In this document: positions 17,476-28,069 of the stretch, piece by piece
Layout of the letters: every line of letters begins with the position of its first letter
Numbering within the stretch: position 1 is the stretch's first letter
Virus record (IMG/VR): IMGVR_UViG_3300042475_001686
Coordinates: 53,493 to 117,492 of that record
Length of the DNA stretch: 64,000 nt
From: a virus
Strand: one strand, 5' to 3'
Program-made: the position numbers and the translations under genes
Notes under the pieces: generated by a model
Seen by the model: only the letters and a program-made list of their open reading frames with translations
Told to the model about the DNA's origin: nothing
Database searches by the model: none

Positions 17476-17627
17476 CTCTTTGACTTCCTTAATCCAAATT
17501 TAGCAAGGTATACATAAACAGTTTCCACACTTACCCCACATTCTTTTGCTATGTCTTCTGGAGATTTTTTATCAATATGATATCTCTTTTTTAGCCATAG
17601 TTCATTTGTATATAGTTTAGCACCCAT
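17472..17627 (-). CDS. Small HTH DNA-binding protein (51 aa)
   Basis: Manual translation MGAKLYTNELWLKKRYHIDKKSPEDIAKECGVSVETVYVYLAKFGLRKSKR. Confidence 0.8.
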   Translation of the reverse strand: MGAKLYTNELWLKKRYHIDKKSPEDIAKECGVSVETVYVYLAKFGLRKSKR

Positions 17628-17629
17628 GA

Positions 17630-18244
17630 CTACTCCTTGTCAACCCCAATAGCCTTATCCCAGTTATTTATTGACCAATGACCTATGCCACAGGCATCTG
17701 CTACATCATTATCATCAATCTTTTTACTATAAATAACATCTAATAATCTTATTGTTCTTTGTTTACGAAATTCTCTTTCATATGCTTTATACCAGGAATC
17801 TGATTTCCCTGGATTAGAAGATCTTATCTTAATTTGTTCTTCCTTGGTTAATCTTTTATTACCAAGGTAGTTCTGCCATGTTATAGGTGATACCTTTCCT
17901 ATTACTTTAATTCCAGCCAATCCTGCTCCACCAAGTATGCCCCCTTGAATTAAGGCAAGATCTGCTGCAGTCTTTGGACTATTCATAAAGACAGTATGCT
18001 CAATAACAACAGCCTCTACTAAATTATAATAATCAAATAATGCTTTAGATTTTTTACAGGCATCTGTTATTTTTTCATAGATGTCTCTGCCTTCAAAAGT
18101 TATTTTGCCATAACAATCTAAATTTTTATATGAATAAATTGCAAAAGCAAGATTATTAGTGCTTGCATCTATTGAACAAATTACACCAGGAACTTTAGAT
18201 GGCATGTCAAATGAGTATCTATCTGCTTCTTTTGCTTTTGTCAT
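17630..18244 (-). CDS. RuvC-like Holliday junction resolvase
   Basis: SIDAST, VVIEH, SPITWQ, DNDVADACGIG. Confidence 0.75.
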   Translation of the reverse strand: MTKAKEADRYSFDMPSKVPGVICSIDASTNNLAFAIYSYKNLDCYGKITFEGRDIYEKITDACKKSKALFDYYNLVEAVVIEHTVFMNSPKTAADLALIQGGILGGAGLAGIKVIGKVSPITWQNYLGNKRLTKEEQIKIRSSNPGKSDSWYKAYEREFRKQRTIRLLDVIYSKKIDDNDVADACGIGHWSINNWDKAIGVDKE

Positions 18245-18515
18245 TTGACAATCCCTTTACTTGTTTTAGTGCTTTCTTAACATCACTTGGATTAATTACA
18301 CATTTGTTGCACAGTGGTTCGTCATTATATATAGATAACTTTTCTCCACATTGCTTACAAAGCCTATTCTTTCCCTTGCGTTTTTGTCGCCTGGTCTGAA
18401 TATATCTTTGTGCAATTTTTTCTTTAGTGGCTTGCTCTCTACATTTTTCTGAACAATATATCTGATAAGATATTTCTGATTCAAAAGTGTGATCGCACCA
18501 TCTACAACTTTTCAT
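18219..18515 (-). CDS. Cys-rich zinc-binding protein
   Basis: CRWC...YCSEKC...CKQC...CNKC. Confidence 0.7.
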   Translation of the reverse strand: MKSCRWCDHTFESEISYQIYCSEKCREQATKEKIAQRYIQTRRQKRKGKNRLCKQCGEKLSIYNDEPLCNKCVINPSDVKKALKQVKGLSNDKSKRSR

Positions 18516-19362
18516 CTTCTAGCAACTCCAGAGGTTTAATTTTAATTACCCCTGTCTCTGCTTCAGCGCATGCCTTTTGAATTGGACAAACCTTACAAAT
18601 CTTTGAATTTGATCTATATGGTTTTTCTGGTAACTGCCTGTCTTCCCAAGACTTGCGAACTACCTTCATCCAATCAAATGCCTGGTCTACCCACCGACGG
18701 TAATGATCGTTTACTGTTACTGGCAAAGTTAATAACTGATGATTGTTTTTATTTTCATATATCATTACTCCCTTGCCAATTTTCCAAATTTTCATATACA
18801 TTAACAATTGCATTAGATGAGCCTTCTTTGCTTTACCTCTCATCTTTTTGTATTCAAAGTCGTCATTTCCTACAGTTTTAATTTCACCTATAATTCTCTC
18901 ACCATTATGATTTAGCATAACATCACCATAACCATCGAATGGAGGATTTTCTACTCTAGCACGGAACTCAAGTGAAGGATGTGTTTGCTTTTCATACTTT
19001 CGATCTATAGGATCCCACTCCATGTCTTCATCCAATAGCCCAGCATTTTTAATTGCTTCTTGAATTCTATTATGTCCATAAGTTCCGTTAGTTCTGTTAG
19101 CAACTCCGTATGCATCTGAATTATCATAATGTACGGCTCCATCAAAAGCCAGGTACCAATATCTTGGACATTCACCTGCACCATAGGTTAGACCAGAAGC
19201 AGAGAAGTTTTGTTTTTTAGTAAACTTTGGCTTAGTCTTAGTCATATATCCAGACTCTATTTTTTCTATAAGCCCTTCAATAAATGATGCGTCTTCTACT
19301 ACAGAATGCTTTTCGGCTTCTTGATTTTTTACCATTACTTGTTTTAATAAATTTTTTGCCAT
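18502..19362 (-). CDS. cas4: Cas4-like PD-(D/E)XK exonuclease
   Basis: CPRYW, GT.GH, GYGD, GEIKT, QL..Y, C-terminal CKVCP...C Fe-S ligands. Confidence 0.85.
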   Translation of the reverse strand: MAKNLLKQVMVKNQEAEKHSVVEDASFIEGLIEKIESGYMTKTKPKFTKKQNFSASGLTYGAGECPRYWYLAFDGAVHYDNSDAYGVANRTNGTYGHNRIQEAIKNAGLLDEDMEWDPIDRKYEKQTHPSLEFRARVENPPFDGYGDVMLNHNGERIIGEIKTVGNDDFEYKKMRGKAKKAHLMQLLMYMKIWKIGKGVMIYENKNNHQLLTLPVTVNDHYRRWVDQAFDWMKVVRKSWEDRQLPEKPYRSNSKICKVCPIQKACAEAETGVIKIKPLELLEDEKL

Positions 19363-19396
19363 TATATTCCTTTGTTTAAGTTAATTATATCAGATA

Positions 19397-19717
19397 TCAT
19401 CGAGTTATGTATTTGAGAGCAGACACAAGATTATTAATAGACTCTGCTGCTGTATAGTAAATATTTTTCTTTCCTCTGTCTGACTTGTCCACATTAGCCA
19501 TCCATGTTGCCTTAAAAGCCATCTTGGCTGCTATAGCCTGTAGCCTTACTATCTCAACTGTAGCCACATTCATTGGTACATCTGGCTTTAGTATTAATTT
19601 TGCTATAAAGGTAAGAGCAGTGGTTAACTCTTCATCCTCCATATAGTCTGCTATTTCTGACAAACCATTAATCATCTCTATTGTTGTTTTATTACTATGC
19701 TGATCTGTTGTGTTCAT
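19397..19717 (-). CDS. Hypothetical helical protein
   Basis: 106 aa ORF in the replication block. Confidence 0.65.
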   Translation of the reverse strand: MNTTDQHSNKTTIEMINGLSEIADYMEDEELTTALTFIAKLILKPDVPMNVATVEIVRLQAIAAKMAFKATWMANVDKSDRGKKNIYYTAAESINNLVSALKYITR

Positions 19718-19994
19718 TTTTCACCATCTGTTCTAGTAGTTCTAACTCTATTATAGCAAGTCTAGTTTTCTTACTGCCCTCGCCAAGCACCACTACAATG
19801 GCTGGGTCATTTCCATTTCTAATAGCATCCGTAGTTGCCTTTGCCCAAACATCCTGATTTAGCGTAAAAGATTTTGAGTTCTCCTTAAAATCTACCGTAA
19901 AATTTTCCCAAGTGGCATCGCCTTTCTTTGTATTTCTACCAGAATTTTTATGCTGCTTTGCACCTATTCTTTTACTCTCGCTCTTTTCACTCAT
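19695..19994 (-). CDS. PD-(D/E)XK Holliday junction resolvase-like protein
   Basis: Start reset to ATG 19994: MSEKSESKRIGAKQHKNSGR..KGDA.....VDFKE..KSFTL. Confidence 0.65.
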   Translation of the reverse strand: MSEKSESKRIGAKQHKNSGRNTKKGDATWENFTVDFKENSKSFTLNQDVWAKATTDAIRNGNDPAIVVVLGEGSKKTRLAIIELELLEQMVKNEHNRSA

Positions 19995-20163
19995 ACTTTT
20001 TAACCTTTTTATATCCAACTTTAAATAACTGAACTTCGGATAAATGTTTATCAGAACACATCCAAGATGCCATTCCAGTTGATGAATAGATTCTAATAGT
20101 TTTGACTTCTTTTTTACAAGACCTACAAGGAAATTTTCCTTCATAGATTGAATACTTATCCAC
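19987..20163 (-). CDS. Small zinc-binding protein (58 aa)
   Basis: Manual translation from GTG 20163: MDKYSIYEGKFPCRSCKKEV...WMCSDKHLSEV... Confidence 0.6.
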   Translation of the reverse strand: MDKYSIYEGKFPCRSCKKEVKTIRIYSSTGMASWMCSDKHLSEVQLFKVGYKKVKKYE

Positions 20164-21169
20164 TAATTTTAGCCTTAATCATTTCTTGTAGATCAAGATC
20201 CTCTCTTACTCTATTAACAAATCCTTCTCTACCTTGCACCTTAGAGCCATCTGGCAACAAATACCACGCTCCTGTACGTTCTACAATTCCAACTAATTCA
20301 GCAGTGTCAACAAGATCAGCGACCCCATCAATGCCCAGGTTATCGCCTCTAAAATAGAAATCATATTCACCAGACTGAAAAGCAGCACTGGTTTTAGAAA
20401 ACTGTAGTTCCCATCTAACCTTTCTACCAACCTTTTCTTCAATAGCCTTGTCACCAACATATATTTTTCCTTTCAATGCTTGATTATCTGATTCAGACGA
20501 AAACAACTTAACAACAGTAGAAGAATAAAATTTAGTAGCCTGTCCACCTGTTGGTTGTTGGCTTGTGTACATTGCGTTAATATTATTTCTAGATTGTGAT
20601 ATTAGAATTAATAGTGTTGGCTTTACTTTGTTATTTGCATAATTAAGCATCTTCCAAGCGTTGCTAAAATCTCGTGACTCTGCGCCAATCTGTTTTGTAT
20701 TTTCTAGTTGTTTTAATTCTGTAGAATCTTTTTCAAAATAAATAGCAGGCAATAAAGATGTAATAGAATCAACAACAATAATATCTACACCAGCCTCTAT
20801 AAGATTAACACCTACGTCTACCATTTCATTAATAGTTCTGGCTTGAGAGACAATCAACTTTGATGTATCTACTCCTAATTTTTCTGCCCATGTTTTATCA
20901 TATGACATTTCAGCGTCGATCCAAGCACAAATTTTTCCTTCTGCCTGCGCTAATGCAATTGTCTGCAAGCATAAAGATGACTTAGCAGATGACTTTGATC
21001 CCCAAATTAATACCTGACGACCATAAGGCAACCCACCATTTAGAGCACGATTAAGTCCGTAACTTGGTGTTGCTGCGTATTCAGTCTTTGGCACCTCATC
21101 TCCTACCAAGATATTCTTTCTTAACTTAGGATTAAGTTGTGCTAATACATCTTCAACGCTAACCGACAT
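20156..21169 (-). CDS. recA: RecA-like recombinase
   Basis: GGLPYGRQVLIWGSKSSAKS, WIDAE, VVDSI, ISQSR, GAWY. Confidence 0.9.
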   Translation of the reverse strand: MSVSVEDVLAQLNPKLRKNILVGDEVPKTEYAATPSYGLNRALNGGLPYGRQVLIWGSKSSAKSSLCLQTIALAQAEGKICAWIDAEMSYDKTWAEKLGVDTSKLIVSQARTINEMVDVGVNLIEAGVDIIVVDSITSLLPAIYFEKDSTELKQLENTKQIGAESRDFSNAWKMLNYANNKVKPTLLILISQSRNNINAMYTSQQPTGGQATKFYSSTVVKLFSSESDNQALKGKIYVGDKAIEEKVGRKVRWELQFSKTSAAFQSGEYDFYFRGDNLGIDGVADLVDTAELVGIVERTGAWYLLPDGSKVQGREGFVNRVREDLDLQEMIKAKISG

Positions 21170-24100
21170 TTACATCCTCCAATATTACGGTTCCATCTTT
21201 GGTTTTACCAAACTCAAATTTATATGCATGGCCTTCTTCAATTTTCATATATGCTTTTGCAAAGGCTGTTGGAAATACAGTTACAGAATGCAGTTCTCTT
21301 GACGTATCTGCTAAAGTTAAAGATGCCATCTTTTTCCCTGCTTTCGTTATCCTTGGTTTAAATGATACCACAAATAACTCTTCATCCTTATAAGGCAACA
21401 TCCTGTAATTTAAAAACTTAACTAATGCTGCATCAGAATTTTTAATTTCATCTACAGGAACAGCAGACACAATTCTATTATCAGAACAGAGTGCAATATA
21501 ACTTCGTCCAGCCTCAATTGTAGTTTGTTCTTCATCAAACACTCCTATACTTCCAGTTTTATCTAATATTTCTACACGACTCCAACCCTTACCACGCTTT
21601 ATACCCTTTACCATTCCCATAAGAATGAAGGATCCTTTTTCCTCAAAGTCTTCTACTGGATTAATAAAAGCATGAAAGTGTGATGGAACTGTTTGAGTAA
21701 ATTCAGGCAATCCTAAATACTCATAAAGATTTTCACGAATCTCATTATCATTTCTTGGATTATCTGGAAATGTAGCAGCACCAATAATTCTTAGTGCTTC
21801 TAATGCTCTGCTGTTGACTCCATTACCTTTCGTAAATGTAAAGGTTTTAACTTCTTCGAAAGACTTAAAAGGTCGTGCCGATATATATCGTTCTGCAATC
21901 TTATCAGAGATAAACTTGATCCCCGACAATCCAAACCGAATACCCTTACCCTCAATTTTAAAATCAATATCCGAATCGTTAATATGAGGTAGTTTAATGC
22001 TAATACCCATTCTCTTCGCTTCAATAAGATATTCAGTTCTCGCATCTTTGTCCCTTTCATTTTTAAGTAGTGAGTACATAAACTCAATTGGATAGTGATA
22101 CTTTAGCCATGCCGTCCAATACGAGAGCGTAGAATAAGCAACCGCATGAGACTTGTTGAACGAATAACCCGCATGCGCCTCAAAGTCATGCCATAAATCA
22201 CGAGCCTGATTAGGACTAATAAACTTAGAAGCACCATCAACAAAACGATCACGAAACGCATCAAACTCTCTAGCATCTTTCTTTTTACCAATGATCTTAC
22301 GAACCTTATCAGCCTCAGACCAAGACATACCTCCAAGTTGAACACAGGCCTGCATGACCTGCTCTTGGTATAGGATACACCCATATGTTTCTTCTGTGAA
22401 TGGTTTCATTGTTTGATGTAAATAATTTACTGCTTGTCTACCGTGCTTTCTTTCAATATAGTCTTTTCCAATCGTATTCATTGCACCTGGACGTACAAGA
22501 GCATTTGAAGCAGACAATTCTGCTAGATTTTTTACACCCATCTTTATAAGAAGATTTGTATATGGGGTTGCTTCACACTGAAACACACCTTTGGTGTAGC
22601 CTTCAGAAAGCATCTGGTATACCTTTTGATCACCCATATCTATCTTAAGTAAATCAATATCTGTGCCTTCTCGCTCTTTAATTATCTTAATTGTGTCATT
22701 AATAACACTTAGTGTTTTAAGTCCGAGTGCGTCGATCTTGATGAGGCCAATTTTTTCAGCCTCTTCCATGTCAACTGCCACAACAGGAATGCGCTCATCA
22801 GAACCAGGGGAATTACGTGTCTCCATCGGTGCGTACCTAAAAATAGGATTTTTGCTAGTGACAACACCAGCAGCGTGAATACCAGTACCTCTAATACGAC
22901 CACGAAGTTGTTCTCCATATTGCTCCACCTCTGGATATTTCTCTCTAAACCATGCAGTAGTTTTTGATGTGCAGTACTCATCCCAAGTATCCACTAACTT
23001 CAAAACTTTATTAACATCTACTAACGGAATATTTAATGCACGAGCAACATCTCGCACAACACCCTTATCTTTAAATTCTAGAAATGTTGCAATAGATGCA
23101 ACATGTTTATACTGCCTAACGAGATAATCTTTAACTTCATCACGACGAGAATCTTGAATGTCTGTATCAATATCTGGAAAGTCATTACGCTCAGGATTAA
23201 TAAAGCGGAAAAATAAAAGCCCATGCTTTAATGGATCTATGTCTGTAATTCCAAGGGCATAACAAAGCAATGATCCAGCAGAAGAACCACGACCTGGACC
23301 TACCATGATTCCTTCTTTCTTTGCCCAGGAAATCATACTCTGAACAACAAGGAAATATGGACCAAACTTTTTATCCTGAATAACAGTTAACTCTTCTTCA
23401 AGCCTATCAAGATATTCTTGATTTTTATCGAGACCTTTTTCTGCCAAACCAGTCATAGCCAATTCTTTTAATTGTTTGTCTGGATTCTTATATTGAACTG
23501 GAAGTAGATTAAGGTTATCCTGAATATCATAGTCTTCAATCTTATTAGCAAGATCTATAGTATTTTCATAAATATCTGTTCTCCATACCGCCTGCTTTTC
23601 CATAGCAGCCTGAATCTCTTCATATGAAAGAAGATGAATATCAAACTTATTAAATGACATCTGTCTATCTGCACCGTATAAATAATCTAAACGCTTCATA
23701 AGGTCGCCTTGTTTTTTTGACTTCTCGTATGTAGCATCCTTTTGAATCTTATTAGAATACGTATTTAAGATTAACTTTAACTCTTGTATTTCTTTTTGTG
23801 AAGAATCTACATGGTGGCAATCTGGGGTTACAATTGGCTTAACCTTAAACTCATCAGCAAGCATCAATATTGTTCTATTGATTGACTCATCATTGTGTGG
23901 CATAACCTCTAGATAATAGTCATCACCAAACTGTTCTTTAAACCACTTAATATATTTCTTTGCCATACCAAGTTCACCAAGTTCAATTGACTTAGCAATA
24001 ATACCGCTTGGGCATGCAGAAGAAACTATGATTCCTTCTTTATATTTTGCAAGAACTTCAAAGTCAATTCTTGGCTTTTTATAATATCCTTCTGTCCACG

Positions 24101-24437
24101 CAATCTCATTTAATTTATTTAAATTTTCTAAACCAACCTTGTTCTTGGCTAGAAGAATTATATGATTATAAACCATGTCTAGTGGAGTAGTGCGATCTGC
24201 TTTATCTCTTTGGTCAAAGCGATCTTCACACATATAACCTTCTATGCCAAGAATAGGCTTGATACCACTTGCTTTAGCAACACGATACATTTCTCTGTGG
24301 CCAGAAAGGGAGCCATGGTCTGTAATCGCAATCGCAGGCATACCCAGTTTGCTTGCTCGATCTACATATTCAGATGGCAACCCAATACCATCGAATAAAG
24401 AGAAGTGGGTATGTAAGTGTAGTGGTACGTAATTCAT
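21159..24437 (-). CDS. dnaE: DNA polymerase III alpha subunit
   Basis: HLHTHFSLFDG PHP domain, GPGRGSSAGS, PDIDTD, KIDALGL, YSFNKSHAVAY; no intein apparent. Confidence 0.96.
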   Translation of the reverse strand: MNYVPLHLHTHFSLFDGIGLPSEYVDRASKLGMPAIAITDHGSLSGHREMYRVAKASGIKPILGIEGYMCEDRFDQRDKADRTTPLDMVYNHIILLAKNKVGLENLNKLNEIAWTEGYYKKPRIDFEVLAKYKEGIIVSSACPSGIIAKSIELGELGMAKKYIKWFKEQFGDDYYLEVMPHNDESINRTILMLADEFKVKPIVTPDCHHVDSSQKEIQELKLILNTYSNKIQKDATYEKSKKQGDLMKRLDYLYGADRQMSFNKFDIHLLSYEEIQAAMEKQAVWRTDIYENTIDLANKIEDYDIQDNLNLLPVQYKNPDKQLKELAMTGLAEKGLDKNQEYLDRLEEELTVIQDKKFGPYFLVVQSMISWAKKEGIMVGPGRGSSAGSLLCYALGITDIDPLKHGLLFFRFINPERNDFPDIDTDIQDSRRDEVKDYLVRQYKHVASIATFLEFKDKGVVRDVARALNIPLVDVNKVLKLVDTWDEYCTSKTTAWFREKYPEVEQYGEQLRGRIRGTGIHAAGVVTSKNPIFRYAPMETRNSPGSDERIPVVAVDMEEAEKIGLIKIDALGLKTLSVINDTIKIIKEREGTDIDLLKIDMGDQKVYQMLSEGYTKGVFQCEATPYTNLLIKMGVKNLAELSASNALVRPGAMNTIGKDYIERKHGRQAVNYLHQTMKPFTEETYGCILYQEQVMQACVQLGGMSWSEADKVRKIIGKKKDAREFDAFRDRFVDGASKFISPNQARDLWHDFEAHAGYSFNKSHAVAYSTLSYWTAWLKYHYPIEFMYSLLKNERDKDARTEYLIEAKRMGISIKLPHINDSDIDFKIEGKGIRFGLSGIKFISDKIAERYISARPFKSFEEVKTFTFTKGNGVNSRALEALRIIGAATFPDNPRNDNEIRENLYEYLGLPEFTQTVPSHFHAFINPVEDFEEKGSFILMGMVKGIKRGKGWSRVEILDKTGSIGVFDEEQTTIEAGRSYIALCSDNRIVSAVPVDEIKNSDAALVKFLNYRMLPYKDEELFVVSFKPRITKAGKKMASLTLADTSRELHSVTVFPTAFAKAYMKIEEGHAYKFEFGKTKDGTVILEDVNVG

Positions 24438-24440
24438 CTA

Positions 24441-25103
24441 TTACCAGTCGATATTCGTCGCTGATGTAGATGAAGGAGAGTCAAAGCCAAGATAGAATGC
24501 TTCTTGTTCCGCATATGGAACACGACGCAATGCTTTCTCTAGTGCATATGGCTCAATACCTTCCCAATTAAACGGTTCCTTATCTGGAGCCGAAGGAATC
24601 AAAGTGTAAGATGTTTCAGTTCCCTGACCATTACGCTTTAACTTCCATGTTAGATTTGAGATGCTTCCTGTTTCAAGCGCATACTCACGAATAGTATTAA
24701 ACGATGACTGCTTACTAATACCCATTGACCAAATTGCAACATAAGGCTTATCTTCGATGCCATCATCTACCAAAACATTGCAATAGAAACGTAGACGACC
24801 ACGCCATCCACTGTTACCCTTTGGATCCTTGCGGTACATTTCTTCAGCCCAGTCACGGCCTTCTGTGTCCATAGTATCTACAGCCTTACGCTTATAGTCT
24901 TTTGGATTTGTGTGTTCCTTGACGACAAACGCTAAACCACGCTTTTCGCTATAGTTTGCAGAGTCTTCGTCTAGTTCTTCAATAAAACGAATCTTAACTG
25001 CCTGTCCATCAGCCAACTTAAGCCAACGAACCTTTGGGCCGTTCTCATCTGTCTTCTTATCAAGTAAAGCATTTATATTCTTTAGTCCTACTATTTTATT
25101 CAT
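24441..25103 (-). CDS. Single-stranded DNA-binding protein (gp32-like)
   Basis: WLKLADGQAVKIRF, KLKRNGQGTETSYTL; lies between primase and DnaE. Confidence 0.7.
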   Translation of the reverse strand: MNKIVGLKNINALLDKKTDENGPKVRWLKLADGQAVKIRFIEELDEDSANYSEKRGLAFVVKEHTNPKDYKRKAVDTMDTEGRDWAEEMYRKDPKGNSGWRGRLRFYCNVLVDDGIEDKPYVAIWSMGISKQSSFNTIREYALETGSISNLTWKLKRNGQGTETSYTLIPSAPDKEPFNWEGIEPYALEKALRRVPYAEQEAFYLGFDSPSSTSATNIDW

Positions 25104-25121
25104 TATTTCTCCTTGTTTTTT

Positions 25122-26066
25122 CTATTTTAGCATAGACAGTATTGATTTGTCAAACTGATACTCTAGTTTCTTTATTGACGTATCGTCCATATCGCCTATA
25201 TCTTTATATTGTTTATCTAAGTTAATTACAGTAACATTTCCGTCTAATCTTTCGATTATTCGTTCTTTCATGTTACCGCCTGCCTCATCGTTATCAGCAA
25301 TAATTATTATATCACTAAAGTACCTTTGAAGCAAATCTATTTGTTTGGAAGACACATTGGCGCCAAGGGTGGCGACTGCTGGAAATCCAACTTGATCTAA
25401 TCTGATTACATCAAAAGAAGATTCAACCACATAAACCTTTGATGCTGTTTTAACTTTATTTAAATTAAATAATACCTTTGATTTAGGAAGTTTGGGGGTA
25501 TTCTTAAAATCTTTTCCTTCAATAGACCTACCGACAAATCCAACACATAAGCCTTCATTGTTATGCACTGGTATACAAACCATGTCTTGGGTTTCAGAAT
25601 ATCCAAGTTTAAATTTTATTACAGACTCTTTTGTAATCTTTCTCTTAATGAAATATTCTTTTGCTCGTTCTGATGACAATGCCTGTTCATGTAGCCTTTG
25701 GACTACAGATATATCGAACTCTGTCCATTCTTCTTTTTCTACTAACTTAGAATTAACTTCAGATAAAATATCTGTTTCAACTTCCTTGCTTTTGATAAAT
25801 CTAACAGACTCAAAGTATGTTCTATTTGAAAAATGCATGACCAACTCTATTAAGTCTGCAGTCTTTCCACAAGAAAAACAAAAGAATAGTCCTGTATATT
25901 TATTTATTTCTCCAGCAGGTGTTCTATGATTAGAATGAAATGGACAAAATACTATGTATTCGGACTCTGCTTCTTTTTCTACAGTTACGCCAGATCCTGA
26001 GAGTACTCTTTTAACTTGGCTGGCTGTGTATAAATTGGTCTGGTTCCGTCTATCCCTAATATCCAT
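25122..26066 (-). CDS. dnaG: DNA primase
   Basis: CPFH...CFSC zinc finger; TOPRIM VVESSFD, ADNDEAG, KDIGD. Confidence 0.9.
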   Translation of the reverse strand: MDIRDRRNQTNLYTASQVKRVLSGSGVTVEKEAESEYIVFCPFHSNHRTPAGEINKYTGLFFCFSCGKTADLIELVMHFSNRTYFESVRFIKSKEVETDILSEVNSKLVEKEEWTEFDISVVQRLHEQALSSERAKEYFIKRKITKESVIKFKLGYSETQDMVCIPVHNNEGLCVGFVGRSIEGKDFKNTPKLPKSKVLFNLNKVKTASKVYVVESSFDVIRLDQVGFPAVATLGANVSSKQIDLLQRYFSDIIIIADNDEAGGNMKERIIERLDGNVTVINLDKQYKDIGDMDDTSIKKLEYQFDKSILSMLK

Positions 26067-26311
26067 TCTACCTTTTTTCTCCCAACATATATTCCATATA
26101 CGCTTAATGCAAACTCAAAATAGTTTTTTTGTTCATTATATGATAGTGTAAACTCTGGGTTAATGTCAAATCTTGGGGCATACCCAGATAATCGCATCTC
26201 TGATACGAGTAATCTGATGTAGTCTTGCTGCAATCTGTATATGGCTGAATCATCTACTATGATCCCATCCAGACCAAATCGCTTTATAGCCCTGTGTGGA
26301 AATGTCTCCAT
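25985..26311 (-). CDS. Hypothetical protein
   Basis: 108 aa ORF between helicase and primase. Confidence 0.65.
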   Translation of the reverse strand: METFPHRAIKRFGLDGIIVDDSAIYRLQQDYIRLLVSEMRLSGYAPRFDINPEFTLSYNEQKNYFEFALSVYGIYVGRKKVEWILGIDGTRPIYTQPAKLKEYSQDLA

Positions 26312-26319
26312 GGAGCATA

Positions 26320-27546
26320 TTATACTGACTTATCTTCATAATCCTTATACCTATAGTATCCCTTGTCAAAATCGGCTTGAACTAAGAATTCTCCCATAAA
26401 ACCATTACGGTTCTTGCGAAATACGCATTCAATAATATCGCTATTATTTCCTCTACCCAGCGCAAGCACCCAGTCTGCATCATAAGCAATCTGCCTTGAC
26501 CATGCAGTTTGACCAAGGGTTGGCACGGTTTCAAGTTTAGTAACGTCATCAGGTGTAGCAGATGAAATAGCAATAATTGGTACCTCTTCTGCAATAGCCA
26601 TAAGTTTGAGTTCACGAGACAAATTCTTCATACGAATAGTTTCATTATCTGACTTTTGATTAGGAGACATCAATTGTAAATAGTCAACAATAACAAAGTC
26701 TGGTTTATATTGATCAATCTTTCCTCGTAGCACTAATGGAGTAATATCTCCCCCAGTATCGTTAGAGATAATATGAAACTCTGGCTTTCCAGTAACATGC
26801 TTTGTATGCCAAGACTTAAGCATATCCATCTCAACCTGACCAGCACTTAACTTTCTATGAGACCAAACGCCCTCTCCCATAATTGCAAATACACGATTAC
26901 GAACTTCTACCTCAGACATTTCAAGGCTTATGATCATTGGGCTACGACCCTGTTTCCAGGCCTGTACAGCGAAATAGAGAGACAACCACGACTTTCCTAT
27001 GCCTGGATATGCAAGGAAGACTCCTAACTGCCCTGGCATGATTCCAGAAGGAAGGTAGTTATCAAATCCTGGAAGGCCAGTCTTAATTCCTAATGCACCA
27101 GCCTCTTGTTGTTTCTTAAGATTTTCAAAGTATGCAACAGCAGAGTCTAAGTCTGTTACATCAATATCACGAATGGCTGCTGTATTTTTTCTAAGTTCTG
27201 CAGTTTTTGTAATTAAAGATTCTAGCGCATCTAGTCCCTGTCCACCCTGAACATCTGTTGCTGCAGATCTAATAATATCTTTTAAACTATTTGTTAAATA
27301 TTCTGCCTGCAACTCTTCAAGGTGATGCTTGGTTGCGCCAACACCGCTTATGGGTTCAAAGTCTCTAAACTTTTCTACAACTAATTCTGTTGGTGGAACG
27401 GTAGCATTTGCTTCATAATATTTTCTGATAAACTGCCAAACATCTACATGCGTTGTTAGAATATTTTCTATATTAGCCTGGAGCAAAACATGCGCTTGCT
27501 TATCTTGTAGCACGGCTGAGATTAGTTTTGACTCTGTATTATTCAC
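26320..27546 (-). CDS. dnaB: Replicative DnaB-like helicase
   Basis: AYPGIGKS, SLEMS, IVDYLQLM, LSRELK, IAYDADWV, KNRNG. Confidence 0.93.
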   Translation of the reverse strand: MNNTESKLISAVLQDKQAHVLLQANIENILTTHVDVWQFIRKYYEANATVPPTELVVEKFRDFEPISGVGATKHHLEELQAEYLTNSLKDIIRSAATDVQGGQGLDALESLITKTAELRKNTAAIRDIDVTDLDSAVAYFENLKKQQEAGALGIKTGLPGFDNYLPSGIMPGQLGVFLAYPGIGKSWLSLYFAVQAWKQGRSPMIISLEMSEVEVRNRVFAIMGEGVWSHRKLSAGQVEMDMLKSWHTKHVTGKPEFHIISNDTGGDITPLVLRGKIDQYKPDFVIVDYLQLMSPNQKSDNETIRMKNLSRELKLMAIAEEVPIIAISSATPDDVTKLETVPTLGQTAWSRQIAYDADWVLALGRGNNSDIIECVFRKNRNGFMGEFLVQADFDKGYYRYKDYEDKSV

Positions 27547-27847
27547 TCAACCACTCCTTAGCCTTTTTTCTACGTTCTGCTCGTTCTTTTATATCTTTAG
27601 CATACTGTTCTTTTGCTTCCAGTATATCATGTGCCACATAAGCAAAATGATTCCATGTGGGGTTTTCTGTTACATCAAAATAATATTCTAATAAGTCATA
27701 GCAAACTTCAATAGTGTATGACTCTATAAGGGCATCAGCAGACCACTGCTCAATCCACTTATTATACTGTGGCTTCTGTCCTAGTTTAAACTTATAGTGT
27801 TTATCAAACCTACTCAACAGAGCCAGTCGCTTCTGTTTGTCTGTCAC
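27539..27847 (-). CDS. Hypothetical protein upstream of helicase
   Basis: 102 aa ORF overlapping the dnaB start. Confidence 0.65.
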   Translation of the reverse strand: MTDKQKRLALLSRFDKHYKFKLGQKPQYNKWIEQWSADALIESYTIEVCYDLLEYYFDVTENPTWNHFAYVAHDILEAKEQYAKDIKERAERRKKAKEWLSE

Positions 27848-27848
27848 A

Positions 27849-28055
27849 CTAATTGCTTTCTTCTAGTTCAACCTTTGCTTCTGAGATTTTTGCTGCTAGT
27901 TTATCTTCAACAAACTTATACACACGCTCAAATGCTTGATCTGTATTCTCAGCATCACGCTTTGAGTCTACAACACCAAGATCTATCCTTAGTGACTGAA
28001 AGTTTCCAAGATTTAATGTGTATCCAAGTGTTACTGATACTTTAGTGTCTTCCAT
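27849..28055 (-). CDS. Hypothetical protein
   Basis: Start reset to ATG 28055: MEDTKVSVTLGYTLNLGNFQSLRIDLG. Confidence 0.7.
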   Translation of the reverse strand: MEDTKVSVTLGYTLNLGNFQSLRIDLGVVDSKRDAENTDQAFERVYKFVEDKLAAKISEAKVELEESN

Positions 28056-28069
28056 TTCATACCCTTCTA

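Noticed and set aside
18502-19362. Cas4-like gene as a sign of a CRISPR system
   Set aside because: No cas1/cas2 or repeat-spacer array seen; solo Cas4-like nucleases are common in phage replication blocks
21159-24437. Possible inteins or introns in dnaE (also checked terL, dnaB, recA, nrdJ)
   Set aside because: Lengths are normal and no intein or homing-endonuclease motifs were seen
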